From Candidatus Kuenenia stuttgartensis (lineage in GTDB: Bacteria; Planctomycetota; Brocadiia; Brocadiales; Brocadiaceae), in contig NZ_LT934425.1 in assembly GCF_900232105.1 (NCBI RefSeq), forward strand, positions 2,520,001 to 2,552,000: 32,000 nucleotides of DNA, given 5' to 3'. The notes beneath the pieces are model-generated. The model was given only the letters and a program-made list of their open reading frames with translations, searched no databases and was not told the DNA's origin. Positions 9,941-19,032 of the stretch are shown piece by piece (the stretch's first letter is position 1; the number at the start of each line of letters is the position of its first letter). The translations under genes were made by a program, and so were the position numbers.

Positions 9941-10019
9941 AGATTGCTTCGGAAAAGACCCTCGCAATGACAAAACGGATACCCTCGCAATGACAAGCTG
10001 ATGCCCTTGTAATGACAAA
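9941..10019 (-). repeat. REP-like array, right (inverted) arm
   Basis: gattgcttcggaaaagaccctcgcaatgacaaaacggataccctcgcaatgacaagctgatgcccttgtaatgacaaa. Confidence 0.85.
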
Positions 10020-10029
10020 ATAAGTCACC

Positions 10030-10105
10030 TCATCATGTTGCATTTGCAATACCCAGAAACGATGAAAATGGTTTTATAACCATATCATATTGTGGTACCT
10101 GTGTT
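10030..10105 (+). repeat. Direct repeat copy B (~76 bp)
   Basis: tcatcatgttgcatttgcaatacccagaaacgatgaaaatggttttataaccatatcatattgtggtacctgtg... Confidence 0.9.
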
Positions 10106-10167
10106 GGGATTTGGGCATTGGAATTTTACCGCAGTACATGGCCCCATTATACACATAAACTCATAGG

Positions 10168-10418
10168 CTCAGGCTGCAAGCCAATGTCATTAAGTTAAGC
10201 AACCTGCCTGAAGAGCCTAAAAAACAATGTAGCCCCTTTAGAGGCAGTCTGTTTGTAGCACAATAAAATTCAACAGGTAAATAGCTCCGTAGGAGCGGCC
10301 TGTATATGATTGACAGGAAGACCGGCCGCTCCTACGGAGCTTATCGGTAATACGTTTTTTTAAAAAACCAAAGTGTTACAATAATTCTTAACTTAATGAC
10401 ATTGGGTTGCAACCTGAA
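10168..10418. repeat. MITE-like unit: 32-bp terminal inverted repeats with an internal perfect 18-bp palindrome pair
   Basis: Termini ctcaggctgcaagccaatgtcattaagttaag (10168-10199) and cttaacttaatgacattgggttgcaacctgaa (10387-10418), 3 mismatches; inner agctccgtaggagcggcc (10283-10300) / ggccgctcctacggagct (10324-10341). Confidence 0.85.
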
Positions 10419-10524
10419 CCCGCCGGGAGTCGTGTAATGTTTACGCTGAATAGTTACAAATAGTTTACAGAAGCGCTTTCTATGCTGATTATATCAATGT
10501 GTGTTTTTGGATCGCATGCGTGTC

Positions 10525-12249
10525 TTAATACTGCCTCTTTTTTGGTACAAATGGTCCTATATTTACCGGAGCATAATCAAGCCTGACTCCCTCTTCTGTA
10601 AAATAGGACAACGTATGTTTTAGCCAGTTTGTATCGTCTCTTCCGGGAAAATCCGTGCGAAAATGAGCTCCGCGGCTTTCTTCCCGTGCCAATGCGCCCA
10701 TTAGGCATGCTTCCGCTACATCTAAATTCCCCTTTAGCTCCAATGCCCAAACCAACCCTAAATTTACTCGCGATCCCGTATAATCTAATTTAATTTGTCG
10801 ATACCTTTCCTGTAATGCTTTTATTTCACATACTGCTACCCGCAAGTCAGGGGCATTGCGAAAAATTCCCACCTTAGCATCCATTATTTTATTTAGTTCA
10901 TTTTTAATTGTTACCGGTTTTTCGGCGCCTGTCGATTTACCAATCTTGTCGATGTTTCGTTTTGTTAGCTTTAAGACATCATTGAGGCGATTTTCACTTT
11001 TTTGCCTCTCTGAATTTTGCACGTATTTAGCGGCATTCCCTCCTGCGATTGCGCCAAACACAATAGTATCCAACAGAGAATTTCCACCCAATCTGTTAGC
11101 TCCATGGACACTTATGCAGGCGCTTTCTCCCGCAGCGTACAATCCCTTTATTTTCGTTTCACATTCGATATTGCAGTCAATCCCTCCCATAGTATAATGC
11201 TGACCCGGTTTAATTGGTATAAGGGAATCAACAGGATCTATACCGATAAATTCCATGCATATATCTCTTATGCCGGGTAATCTCTGTAAAATTTTCTCTC
11301 TTCCCAAATGTCTTAAATCCAAAAACACATAACTATCATCATAGCCATACCCCGCCATAATTTCTCTTACGATATTTCTTGCAATAATGTCCCTGGGCGC
11401 GATTTCCATATCTTTTCGGGAATCATCATATTTTTCAAGAAATCGCTCGCCTTTATTATTCAGCAAAAATCCACCTTCTCCACGACACCCTTCTGTGATT
11501 AAAATATTTTTCCCCAAAGTAGTTGTGGGATGAAATTGAATGAACTCCATGTCTTTCAATGGCACGCCAGCCCAATACGGGATTGCCATGCCCAGCCCTG
11601 TATTAATCAAAGCATTTGTTGTATTGCCATATATCCTACCGGACCCTCCCGTTGCAAAAATTACTGCTCCGGCCTGTAACGCCTCAATCTCCCCGCTAAT
11701 GATATCCATCACAATCACACCGACACAAACGCCTTCTTCGATTACCAGGTCTGTAACCAGCCATTCATCATACATCACCATTTCTTCCCGTTCTGATGCA
11801 TGTTTCAATTGAATGATTTGTTGATACAGGGTATGTAACAATGCATGTCCTGTCTTGTCTGAGGCATAGCAAGCCCTCGGGAATCCTGCTCCGCCAAAAG
11901 GCCTTTGTGCGATCCGCCCCTCCGCTGTCCTGCTGAAAGGACATCCCCAATGCTCCAACTCATAAATACGATCTGCCGCATCTTTTGTCATCCGTATTAC
12001 TGCATCCTGGTCCGCCAGATAATCACTCCCCTTTACGGTGTCAAATGCATGTTTTTCCCAGGTGTCATAAATCCCGCGGAAATGGTTTCCCAAAGGGGCG
12101 TTTATTCCCCCTTGTGCTGCGATAGAATGAGATCGCAGTGGATGTACCTTGGAAATTATTGCGATCTTAACGTTGTGGCGATTTATTTCAATGGCCGCCC
12201 TTAAGCCTGCTAATCCCCCGCCGACAACAATAACTTCATATCGTTTCAT
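10525..12249 (-). CDS. sdhA: Succinate dehydrogenase/fumarate reductase flavoprotein subunit
   Basis: YEVIVVGGGLAGLRAAIE, SHSIAAQGGINAPLGN, HPTTTLGKNILITEGCRGEGG, TMGGIDCNIE, SVHGANRLGGNSLLD. ORF track extends upstream to 12267 using TTG; MKRYEV ATG at 12249 is likelier. Confidence 0.93.
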   Translation of the reverse strand: MKRYEVIVVGGGLAGLRAAIEINRHNVKIAIISKVHPLRSHSIAAQGGINAPLGNHFRGIYDTWEKHAFDTVKGSDYLADQDAVIRMTKDAADRIYELEHWGCPFSRTAEGRIAQRPFGGAGFPRACYASDKTGHALLHTLYQQIIQLKHASEREEMVMYDEWLVTDLVIEEGVCVGVIVMDIISGEIEALQAGAVIFATGGSGRIYGNTTNALINTGLGMAIPYWAGVPLKDMEFIQFHPTTTLGKNILITEGCRGEGGFLLNNKGERFLEKYDDSRKDMEIAPRDIIARNIVREIMAGYGYDDSYVFLDLRHLGREKILQRLPGIRDICMEFIGIDPVDSLIPIKPGQHYTMGGIDCNIECETKIKGLYAAGESACISVHGANRLGGNSLLDTIVFGAIAGGNAAKYVQNSERQKSENRLNDVLKLTKRNIDKIGKSTGAEKPVTIKNELNKIMDAKVGIFRNAPDLRVAVCEIKALQERYRQIKLDYTGSRVNLGLVWALELKGNLDVAEACLMGALAREESRGAHFRTDFPGRDDTNWLKHTLSYFTEEGVRLDYAPVNIGPFVPKKRQY

Positions 12250-12348
12250 GGCAACCCCCCGCCCCAAAAAGGTGCGGCAATACTGTATTTAATTTCCCGC
12301 AACAATGTAGTTTTTTGAAAAGAAACATCTAATGCATTCGTTATGTAT

Positions 12349-12729
12349 TTACAGGACTACTGAATAAAAACCAATAACTGCTATTATAAAGAGAATGAAG
12401 ATGGCAAGTCTCAGCATTTGTTTCTGGCTGCGGGTAAACCCGCAAAAATCCATAATGGTAATCCTTATTCCATTAAGCAGGTGAAATGCTATTGTTAAAA
12501 GTAAAATATATTGAAAAATATAGCCAAAATCTGTGTCGAACTTACTAATTGTGTAATCATACGCATCTTTACCGCGAAAGACTGCGCTTAGTGTCCATAT
12601 GTGGAGAAATAAAAACAGTGTCAGCAATATGCCTGAAATACGATGTGCCCAAAAGGCAGCCATGCCAATGTTTTTATTTCTCCAAAGATCATAAAGGGTT
12701 TCTTTTAATTTTTGTGTAATCATCAACAA
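12349..12729 (-). CDS. Succinate dehydrogenase/fumarate reductase membrane anchor subunit (cytochrome b type, SdhC-like)
   Basis: TM-rich; AFWAHRISGILLTLFLFLHIWTL with His residues typical of haem b anchors, and FHLLNGIRITIMDF; upstream of sdhA. Confidence 0.8.
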   Translation of the reverse strand: MLMITQKLKETLYDLWRNKNIGMAAFWAHRISGILLTLFLFLHIWTLSAVFRGKDAYDYTISKFDTDFGYIFQYILLLTIAFHLLNGIRITIMDFCGFTRSQKQMLRLAIFILFIIAVIGFYSVVL

Positions 12730-12915
12730 AACTCAAAAAACAGTGCAAATGCTACATGTCACGGTAATTCCATGTAATTGCATTATTTGTTAATTACCCT
12801 GAGCTGGCATAGCCAGAGACAAACAAGACAAGCACGAAAACAGTCCTCAATCTGCAATCTGCCGACTGCAGAAGTGACCCTTAATATTTTGTCAAAAAAT
12901 GCAAAGAAATTACTG

Positions 12916-13290
12916 CTAAGGTACTAATCCCTCAGCTTTTATTTTAGCAAACCAAATAAGTATATACACTCCTGTGCCAAATAAAACCATTCCCATAAAC
13001 CATAAGGCTTGTTTGAATAGACCACCAGACCTCCTTTTAAAGTTGTAATCTGCAAAAATCCCCCAGATTCCATTCAAACCATGGAAGATTACCAATGCAA
13101 GCAAACAAATGTTAAAGGCAATCCACCCAGGAGAACAAAAGCGATTGACAATCTCATCATAGTAGCGGGAAGTATAACGACTCGGACTAAAATGAAATAA
13201 AAAGAAATGCACCGATATGCCCAATACCAGCAACAAGGCAGTGACCCTTTGTAAAAACCATGATAAAAAGCCCTTATTTTCCGTATTCAT
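12916..13290 (-). CDS. Succinate dehydrogenase/fumarate reductase second membrane anchor subunit (SdhD-like)
   Basis: FLQRVTALLLVLGISVHFFLFHF...ALVIFHGLNGIWGIFADY; same orientation and TM pattern. Confidence 0.75.
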   Translation of the reverse strand: MNTENKGFLSWFLQRVTALLLVLGISVHFFLFHFSPSRYTSRYYDEIVNRFCSPGWIAFNICLLALVIFHGLNGIWGIFADYNFKRRSGGLFKQALWFMGMVLFGTGVYILIWFAKIKAEGLVP

Positions 13291-13569
13291 TTAAACTAAT
13301 ATTCCTGATAAAGCAAAAGGTATGTAATTTTTCTTAAACGAAGAATAAGTCGTATTTATATACACAGTTTAAAAAGTAACGTTTTATAAACACGGATAAA
13401 CGAGATGAGCTTATGACATAACCATTGTATTATTGGATGGTTAACTACATTCTCTTGCCAAAGAATCATATGTGTGCCTTATTTGGCATGTACGTTGCGC
13501 ATTTAACAAATTAAACAATACTACAAAAACCATGCTTTAATTTTATAGAATATACCGGAGTCATCCATT

Positions 13570-13740
13570 ATGAAAAACAGAATATTACGTTTTGCAAGTA
13601 AGGGGAGTTTTAGAGAAGTTTCAGTTAAGTTAAATCCATCAATTCAAAAAGATTTGGAATATGTAGTTAATTCTTTACATATTTTTGCCTTGCTAAAAAA
13701 AATGCCCACTCATCATAATCGAAACACACTCAATCTTTGA
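13570..13740 (+). CDS. Small hypothetical ORF (56 aa)
   Basis: ATG at 13570: MKNRILRFASKGSFREVSVKLNPSIQKDLEYVVNSLHIFALLKKMPTHHHNRNTLNL*; no clear RBS or family. Confidence 0.2.
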   Translation: MKNRILRFASKGSFREVSVKLNPSIQKDLEYVVNSLHIFALLKKMPTHHNRNTLNL

Positions 13741-13824
13741 GGTACAAATTAATTTTGTATAGTAGATATTGGGCAGATAAACGTTAGCCTTGCACTAAAA
13801 TATTTTCCTTCAAAAAGATACTTT

Positions 13825-15240
13825 TCAGCAATACGGCATACTTTTCTGAAGTGTATGCAAGATCTCGTGACAGAAGTCGGTCAAGGTGTTATCCCTTGCG
13901 CCCATTACCAATATACAGTCCCCCTTTTCTACTGTTCTTACTATCTCCGGTATAATATCCCCTCTTTTTTCTACAAAGAATGCATTTCTGCCGCTTTTCC
14001 CTATTTCACGGATAAGGTCTGCAGAGGAAATCTCTTTGCTGACAGAACCGCCAATATAATAGATTTCAGGCATAAAAAGTACATCTTCAGGGGAAAGTGA
14101 TTGTATAAATGCATTTATCAGTTCCTCTCTCATAAAACGAGCGGGAAAGAATCCATGTGGCTGAAAAACTGCAATTACCCTGTTCCCTCCAATTTTTACT
14201 GCGCGTATTGCCGCTGCGATTTTTTCAGGATTATGGGCGAAATCGTCTATCACTTTTATGCCATTGTATTCCCCGATATTATCCATCCGCCGCTGTACGC
14301 CTTTATACTCATACAATGCGGCGGCAATTTCATTATCCTTTATGTTCATATGCCTTGCTACGGAAATTGCAGCCAATGCATTTGATACGTTATGAATTCC
14401 AGGCAGTTTTAATTCAAATGATTGTCCATTAATGTCAAATGTCGAGAGGCATGGTCTGTTTATTATGTTGGAAGCATAAATGTCTGCGGATTTTCTTAAG
14501 CCAAACGTTATGGTATTCTTGTGTCTGAAAGGTATTTTTTTTAGTTCCGGACAATCATCATTAATAATAAGCAAATCCCGGGTATTTTGAGAAAATGTTT
14601 CAAACAATTTTGAGATGCTTTCAATTGGTTTGTGGTCTTTTGACATATTTGTAATGATGGAGATTTTTGGTGTGTAATTGACGATACTCCCGTCGCTTTC
14701 ATCCGCCTCAATAGCAACAATATCAGAATCGCCTACCTTTGCATTGCCAGGAAAGTCAGGAGTAAGATAATTTTTAATACACCCGCCCACGATTATTGTG
14801 GGAGACATTCCCGCATGGTCGAGCACATAGCCCACCATACTGCTGACGGTGGTTTTACCGTTTGTTCCTCCAACGGCAATTCCAAATTTAGTATTAAACA
14901 TTTCAGCAAGAATGTTCGAGCGTGTTGTAATTTTTTTATTGAGGGAAAGCGCCTTCTTAATATCCGGATTTTGCTCCTCTATTGCGGAAGAAACAATTAC
15001 AACATCCGTTGTCTCTTTAATGCCTGAACCATCCTGGGGGGTCAGGTTGATGCCAAGGGAAGAGAGTTTTGAAAATATATTACCTGCAATTTGATTATCA
15101 AAATTCCTGTCAGAGCCGCTGACATGGTGTCCCATTTCTTTCAATACCTGTGCTATAGCACTCATTCCAATGCCGCCAATACCAACTAAGTGGTAGTAGC
15201 AAGGATTTTCGATAGGATTTTTCTTTAATGGATGTTTCAT
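13825..15240 (-). CDS. MurC-like Mur ligase (UDP-N-acetylmuramate--L-alanine ligase family)
   Basis: HLVGIGGIGMSAIAQVLKEMGHHVSGSD, GGTNGKTTVSSMVGYVL, EADESDGSIVNY, VIDDFAHNPEKIAAAI, VFQPHGFFPARF. Confidence 0.82.
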   Translation of the reverse strand: MKHPLKKNPIENPCYYHLVGIGGIGMSAIAQVLKEMGHHVSGSDRNFDNQIAGNIFSKLSSLGINLTPQDGSGIKETTDVVIVSSAIEEQNPDIKKALSLNKKITTRSNILAEMFNTKFGIAVGGTNGKTTVSSMVGYVLDHAGMSPTIIVGGCIKNYLTPDFPGNAKVGDSDIVAIEADESDGSIVNYTPKISIITNMSKDHKPIESISKLFETFSQNTRDLLIINDDCPELKKIPFRHKNTITFGLRKSADIYASNIINRPCLSTFDINGQSFELKLPGIHNVSNALAAISVARHMNIKDNEIAAALYEYKGVQRRMDNIGEYNGIKVIDDFAHNPEKIAAAIRAVKIGGNRVIAVFQPHGFFPARFMREELINAFIQSLSPEDVLFMPEIYYIGGSVSKEISSADLIREIGKSGRNAFFVEKRGDIIPEIVRTVEKGDCILVMGARDNTLTDFCHEILHTLQKSMPYC

Positions 15241-15597
15241 GGGCGCATTAGAATATATCTTGCAATGTTTTGATAGTCAAAATATTTATTTTGTAAAGAG
15301 GTCTTTTTGCTTTATATTCGTTTCTTGACAACGGAAATGTATCCATTTAAAATAGAACTTTTTACAGATTTTCCTGCATTTCACTTAACGCTTAAACATT
15401 GTCTAATCGGGGTGTATCCTGACATAGTTGATGATAAAATGGGGAAAACAGGATAGCAAAAGTACAAATAATTTATACCAAAACCAAAGAGCCTTTTCCT
15501 GAAAATACCGTTTTTGTAAACTATTTTTAAAAGCCGTTTATGCAAACAATAAACCACCATGCCTGCAAAAATCATACAGGGAAAGGAGATGTGACCG

Positions 15598-15987
15598 TTG
15601 GCTCTATTGGGGAAACATATTATTCTGGAAATGAAGGGTTGCTGCAGAGACATTATTAACAATGTCTCCTCAGTGAAAAACATCCTTGAAAAGGCAACCG
15701 AGATTTCGAATGCAACATTGGTCGACGTGATATGCCATCATTTTAGCCCTTATGGTATTACCGGAGTTGCTATTCTGGCTGAATCACACATATCAATTCA
15801 CACATGGCCGGAGCACGAATATGCAGCGGTGGATATTTTTTTGTGCGGGAGCACTATGAATCCTCATAACGCGGCCTCGTACATTTCACAAGCATTTCAT
15901 GCAAAAGAAACCTTTACTATGGAATTAAGAAGAGGCGATTTTCTTCTCCATGAAGCCGAAAACAGTTTGCCGTCAATATACCCTTGA
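15598..15987 (+). CDS. speH: S-adenosylmethionine decarboxylase proenzyme
   Basis: TTG start with AAAGGAG RBS; AESHISIHTWPEHEYAAVDIFLCG processing/catalytic motif. Confidence 0.93.
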   Translation: MALLGKHIILEMKGCCRDIINNVSSVKNILEKATEISNATLVDVICHHFSPYGITGVAILAESHISIHTWPEHEYAAVDIFLCGSTMNPHNAASYISQAFHAKETFTMELRRGDFLLHEAENSLPSIYP

Positions 15988-16017
15988 TCAATATCAATCT
16001 TTATTACAAAAATAACC

Positions 16018-16959
16018 ATGGAAAAATTACCCTTAAACTGGATAGATGATTATTTCAGCGACTATGAACTTCACAAACTGGCATTCAAAAACATTGTGTA
16101 CGAGGCAGAATCAAAACATCAAAAAATAATTGTTGTTGATACTTATAGCTTTGGCAAATGCCTTATACTTGACAATGAATTCCAGTCGGCTGAGTCAGAT
16201 GAGTATGTGTATCATGAATCCCTGGTGCAACCTTCCCTTATAATGCATCCGGAGGCGCAAAGCGTCCTTATTATTGGCGGAGGCGAGGGCGCAACCCTGA
16301 GAGAAACGCTTCGCCATAAATCGGTAAAAAAGGCGGTAATGGTTGACATCAATGACGAGGTAATCTCGTGTGCGAAAAAAAGCCTCCCCTCATTTCATGA
16401 AGGGGCTTTTGATGATGAACGAACCTCGCTTGTTATTGAAGACGGGAGGAAATATCTGGAGAATACAGATCAACAGTTTGATGTTATTATTATTGATGTA
16501 AATGACCCTGTTGGCGGCAGCCCTTCTGCCATGCTTTTTACGAGGGAATTTTATCAGATCGCCGCAGGCAGGCTAAAGAAGGACGGCATTGTTGTTGTTC
16601 AGTCCGGCGCGGTTTCTGTTACGGATAATGACCTGTTTTCCGGTATATTCCATACGCTAAACGATGTATTCCCGCACGTATTTCCATACACCACCTACAT
16701 ACCGTCGTATGCATGTCTGTGGGGTTTTACCATAGCAACGCACAATCTGGGGGATTTAGACATCACCGGAGAAGAAATCGATTTCAGAATCGGGAATCGG
16801 GTTAATTCAGCATTGCGCTATTATGACAGCATTACCCATCATTCGCTTTTCAACTTGCCAAAATATTTGCGTGAAGAGTTAAAGAAAAGCAAACACATCA
16901 TACGTGACAATGCACCTCTCATTAAACAATACCCCGGCGTTTCATCGGAAAAGATTTAG
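16018..16959 (+). CDS. speE: Spermidine synthase (aminopropyltransferase)
   Basis: LDNEFQSAESDEYVYHESLVQP, VLIIGGGEGATLRE, FDVIIIDVNDPVG; follows speH. Confidence 0.93.
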   Translation: MEKLPLNWIDDYFSDYELHKLAFKNIVYEAESKHQKIIVVDTYSFGKCLILDNEFQSAESDEYVYHESLVQPSLIMHPEAQSVLIIGGGEGATLRETLRHKSVKKAVMVDINDEVISCAKKSLPSFHEGAFDDERTSLVIEDGRKYLENTDQQFDVIIIDVNDPVGGSPSAMLFTREFYQIAAGRLKKDGIVVVQSGAVSVTDNDLFSGIFHTLNDVFPHVFPYTTYIPSYACLWGFTIATHNLGDLDITGEEIDFRIGNRVNSALRYYDSITHHSLFNLPKYLREELKKSKHIIRDNAPLIKQYPGVSSEKI

Positions 16960-17485
16960 CGCCTTGTTCCATTTCCAGCAACCATTGCTTGACGTGAATC
17001 CCCGTTGCATATCCCGTTAATTTGCCATTTACCCCTATAACCCTGTGGCAGGGAATGACGGGCGGCAAAGGGTTTTTATTGTTTGCCATCCCTACTGCCC
17101 GCGCTGCCTTAGGATTACCAATCTGTTCTGCCACCCATTTATAGGAACGGCATTCACCGTAAGGGATTTCCCGCAGTTTGTCCCATACCTTCCTCTGGAA
17201 AAGAGTTCCGATGCTTAAATCAAGCGAAAAATCAAATACAACCTTTTTCCCTTCAAAATATTTTTTTAAAACAGCGATTTCGTGTTTCAGGAAAGCATCA
17301 TTTTCGTGAAGTCTTGTATAGATTGCACATTGGTCATGGAGGGGCAAATCATCCCCTGAGGTGAGCGGAAATGCTATTCTGCAGATACCTTTTTTTGTTT
17401 TTGCTATGTACACATATCCAAGGGGGGTGGGGAATGTGCTAAAATGAATCTCTTTATAATTATTTGTTCGACCCTTTTTGTCCAA
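16922..17485 (-). CDS. ogt: Methylated-DNA--[protein]-cysteine S-methyltransferase
   Basis: FQRKVWDKLREIPYGECRSYKWVAEQIGNPKAARAVGMANNKNPLPPVIPCHRVIGVNGKLTGYATG. Confidence 0.92.
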   Translation of the reverse strand: MDKKGRTNNYKEIHFSTFPTPLGYVYIAKTKKGICRIAFPLTSGDDLPLHDQCAIYTRLHENDAFLKHEIAVLKKYFEGKKVVFDFSLDLSIGTLFQRKVWDKLREIPYGECRSYKWVAEQIGNPKAARAVGMANNKNPLPPVIPCHRVIGVNGKLTGYATGIHVKQWLLEMEQGAKSFPMKRRGIV

Positions 17486-18221
17486 ACGTCAACCGGTACC
17501 CTTTTATAAATCCCATAATGATTAAAGTAAAAAAAAGTAGTGTCGCAAGTACGGAAATGGAGAGCGTGGTTATTGTCCACAGCTCTTTTATAAAATAACT
17601 CCACCATGAATTTTTTAGCAAAGATACACCAAATTTTTCAAGAAAGAAGAGTATAGCAAAAAGGATGGCGAATCCGGGTATCAGATATTTAAAATCCTGT
17701 TTATGCGGGGACATTGATACGGTAAATACAATAATAGCAAAAAGGAACAGTACATGCCGCACTTCTTCTATATGAAACTGGCTGCGAAAAGAATGAAAAG
17801 TAATCCATACCGAATCAAGCAAATACCGGATTAAATTGAAAAGTCCATTAAATGAAAGAGGAATTTTTTCGGGAAATGCATTGTTTACGCGAATGGGATT
17901 GGACAGAATACCTGATATTAATAAGATGGAAAACGCACAGCCAAAAAGAGGCGCAGATGTGATAATAAAGTCGAAAACAAAGGGGATCTTTGGTTTATCA
18001 TACTTTATCCCCGTGTTATCCGTTCGAAACAAATTAAGTTCGCTGATGGTGGTTCCCGTAATAAGACATAAAAGAGCATGGCTAAGTTCGTGAACAATAG
18101 CTCCGGGTAGGAGAAATCCTTTAAGAAACTTGTTATTGATATATTTAACCCATAGCTCATTCGTGGCAAAACTTAGGAATAGTACCAAAATAATGCCTAT
18201 TGCAAGTGAGAAATATATCAT
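17460..18221 (-). CDS. Membrane metalloprotease, M50-like
   Basis: Multi-TM protein with GAIVHELSHALLCLITGT zinc-binding motif; stop overlaps the ogt start. Confidence 0.65.
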   Translation of the reverse strand: MIYFSLAIGIILVLFLSFATNELWVKYINNKFLKGFLLPGAIVHELSHALLCLITGTTISELNLFRTDNTGIKYDKPKIPFVFDFIITSAPLFGCAFSILLISGILSNPIRVNNAFPEKIPLSFNGLFNLIRYLLDSVWITFHSFRSQFHIEEVRHVLFLFAIIVFTVSMSPHKQDFKYLIPGFAILFAILFFLEKFGVSLLKNSWWSYFIKELWTITTLSISVLATLLFFTLIIMGFIKGYRLTFGQKGSNK

Positions 18222-18577
18222 AGTGCACTTTTACGAAACCGTTTTAGACGATAAGGATAACAATGCCAGTCAAAAATCATGATCTTCAACAGCATTCTTC
18301 ACACCTTGCTCTACATTGTCATCTCACGGCTTTTCACAAACTTACCGACGTTGATAGTGGGCACAGGTGAATTTCGATATTATTTGCGGCATAGAGTATC
18401 AGAGCTTTTGTTCTATGTCAATCCAAAAAAGAAATCAATATAAGTAACTGAGGTGAAAAAATGTATAATGTATAATGTATAATGTTTAAAATTATCAAAA
18501 AAATAGTGAAATTGAATCAAGAGATTGTTATATTGAGAAAAAATATACCTTCTTTTAAGCTGTATTGAAATAGGGGC

Positions 18578-18653
18578 GGGGGCATAGCTCAGTTGGGAGA
18601 GCGTCTCGTTCGCAATGAGAAGGTCAGGGGTTCGAATCCCCTTGTCTCCACCA
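18578..18653 (+). tRNA. tRNA-Ala(CGC)
   Basis: GGGGGCATAGCTCAGTTGGGAGAGCG...CCA; anticodon loop TTCGCAA; encoded CCA. Confidence 0.93.
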
Positions 18654-18686
18654 TTTTATATAATCATCACTACAAGGAGCGATTGC

Positions 18687-18875
18687 ATGAAAATTTCTAT
18701 TGAAAGCCCGTCAAGAATAAAGATGACTCCGGAAACGGAACATGAAAAAGAGAGCCTTGAGGCGTTGTGGAAGATTCTTATACGATGTGAAAAAGAGAGC
18801 AAGACTCTTTGCCCTATCGGTGAATACATCCCCTCAAAGAATGATGGCGCCAATTTTGTCATACAGGAACACTAA
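18687..18875 (+). CDS. Small hypothetical protein (62 aa)
   Basis: AAGGAG RBS at ~18674 and ATG 18687; MKISIESPSRIKMTPETEHEKESLEALWKILIRCEKESKTLCPIGEYIPSKNDGANFVIQEH. Confidence 0.5.
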   Translation: MKISIESPSRIKMTPETEHEKESLEALWKILIRCEKESKTLCPIGEYIPSKNDGANFVIQEH

Positions 18876-19032
18876 TTGGTTCTAAAGCAGGTGAGGTTTT
18901 TAAAACATCGCTTGTTTTATAGCCGGTTTAAATTATTTCATCTCTCGTTTCCATTTTAGCCATCAAGGGCAGAGGTCACAACGAGGCATGAAAGTAGTCC
19001 TGATTGTGATTAATACCGTATTCCCAGTGGTT

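Larger units (their letters stand above)
9327..10458. repeat. Outer 17-bp inverted repeats (9327-9343 / 10442-10458) bounding a repeat-dense intergenic block
   Basis: gtaactattcagcgtaa and its perfect reverse complement ttacgctgaatagttac. Confidence 0.85.

Noticed and set aside
9609-9941. 110-aa plus-strand ORF
   Set aside because: Runs through the direct and inverted repeat arrays; the apparent protein is a translation of repeat DNA.
9538-10105. Possible CRISPR array because of spaced repeats
   Set aside because: Repeat units are irregular in length and spacing, occur in inverted orientation, and have no uniform unique spacers or cas genes nearby.
15381-15683. 100-aa minus-strand ORF
   Set aside because: Overlaps the 5' end of speH in antisense, with no recognisable domain.
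17836-18093. 86-aa plus-strand ORF
   Set aside because: Antisense to the M50-like membrane protease ORF, which has a clear HELSH motif.
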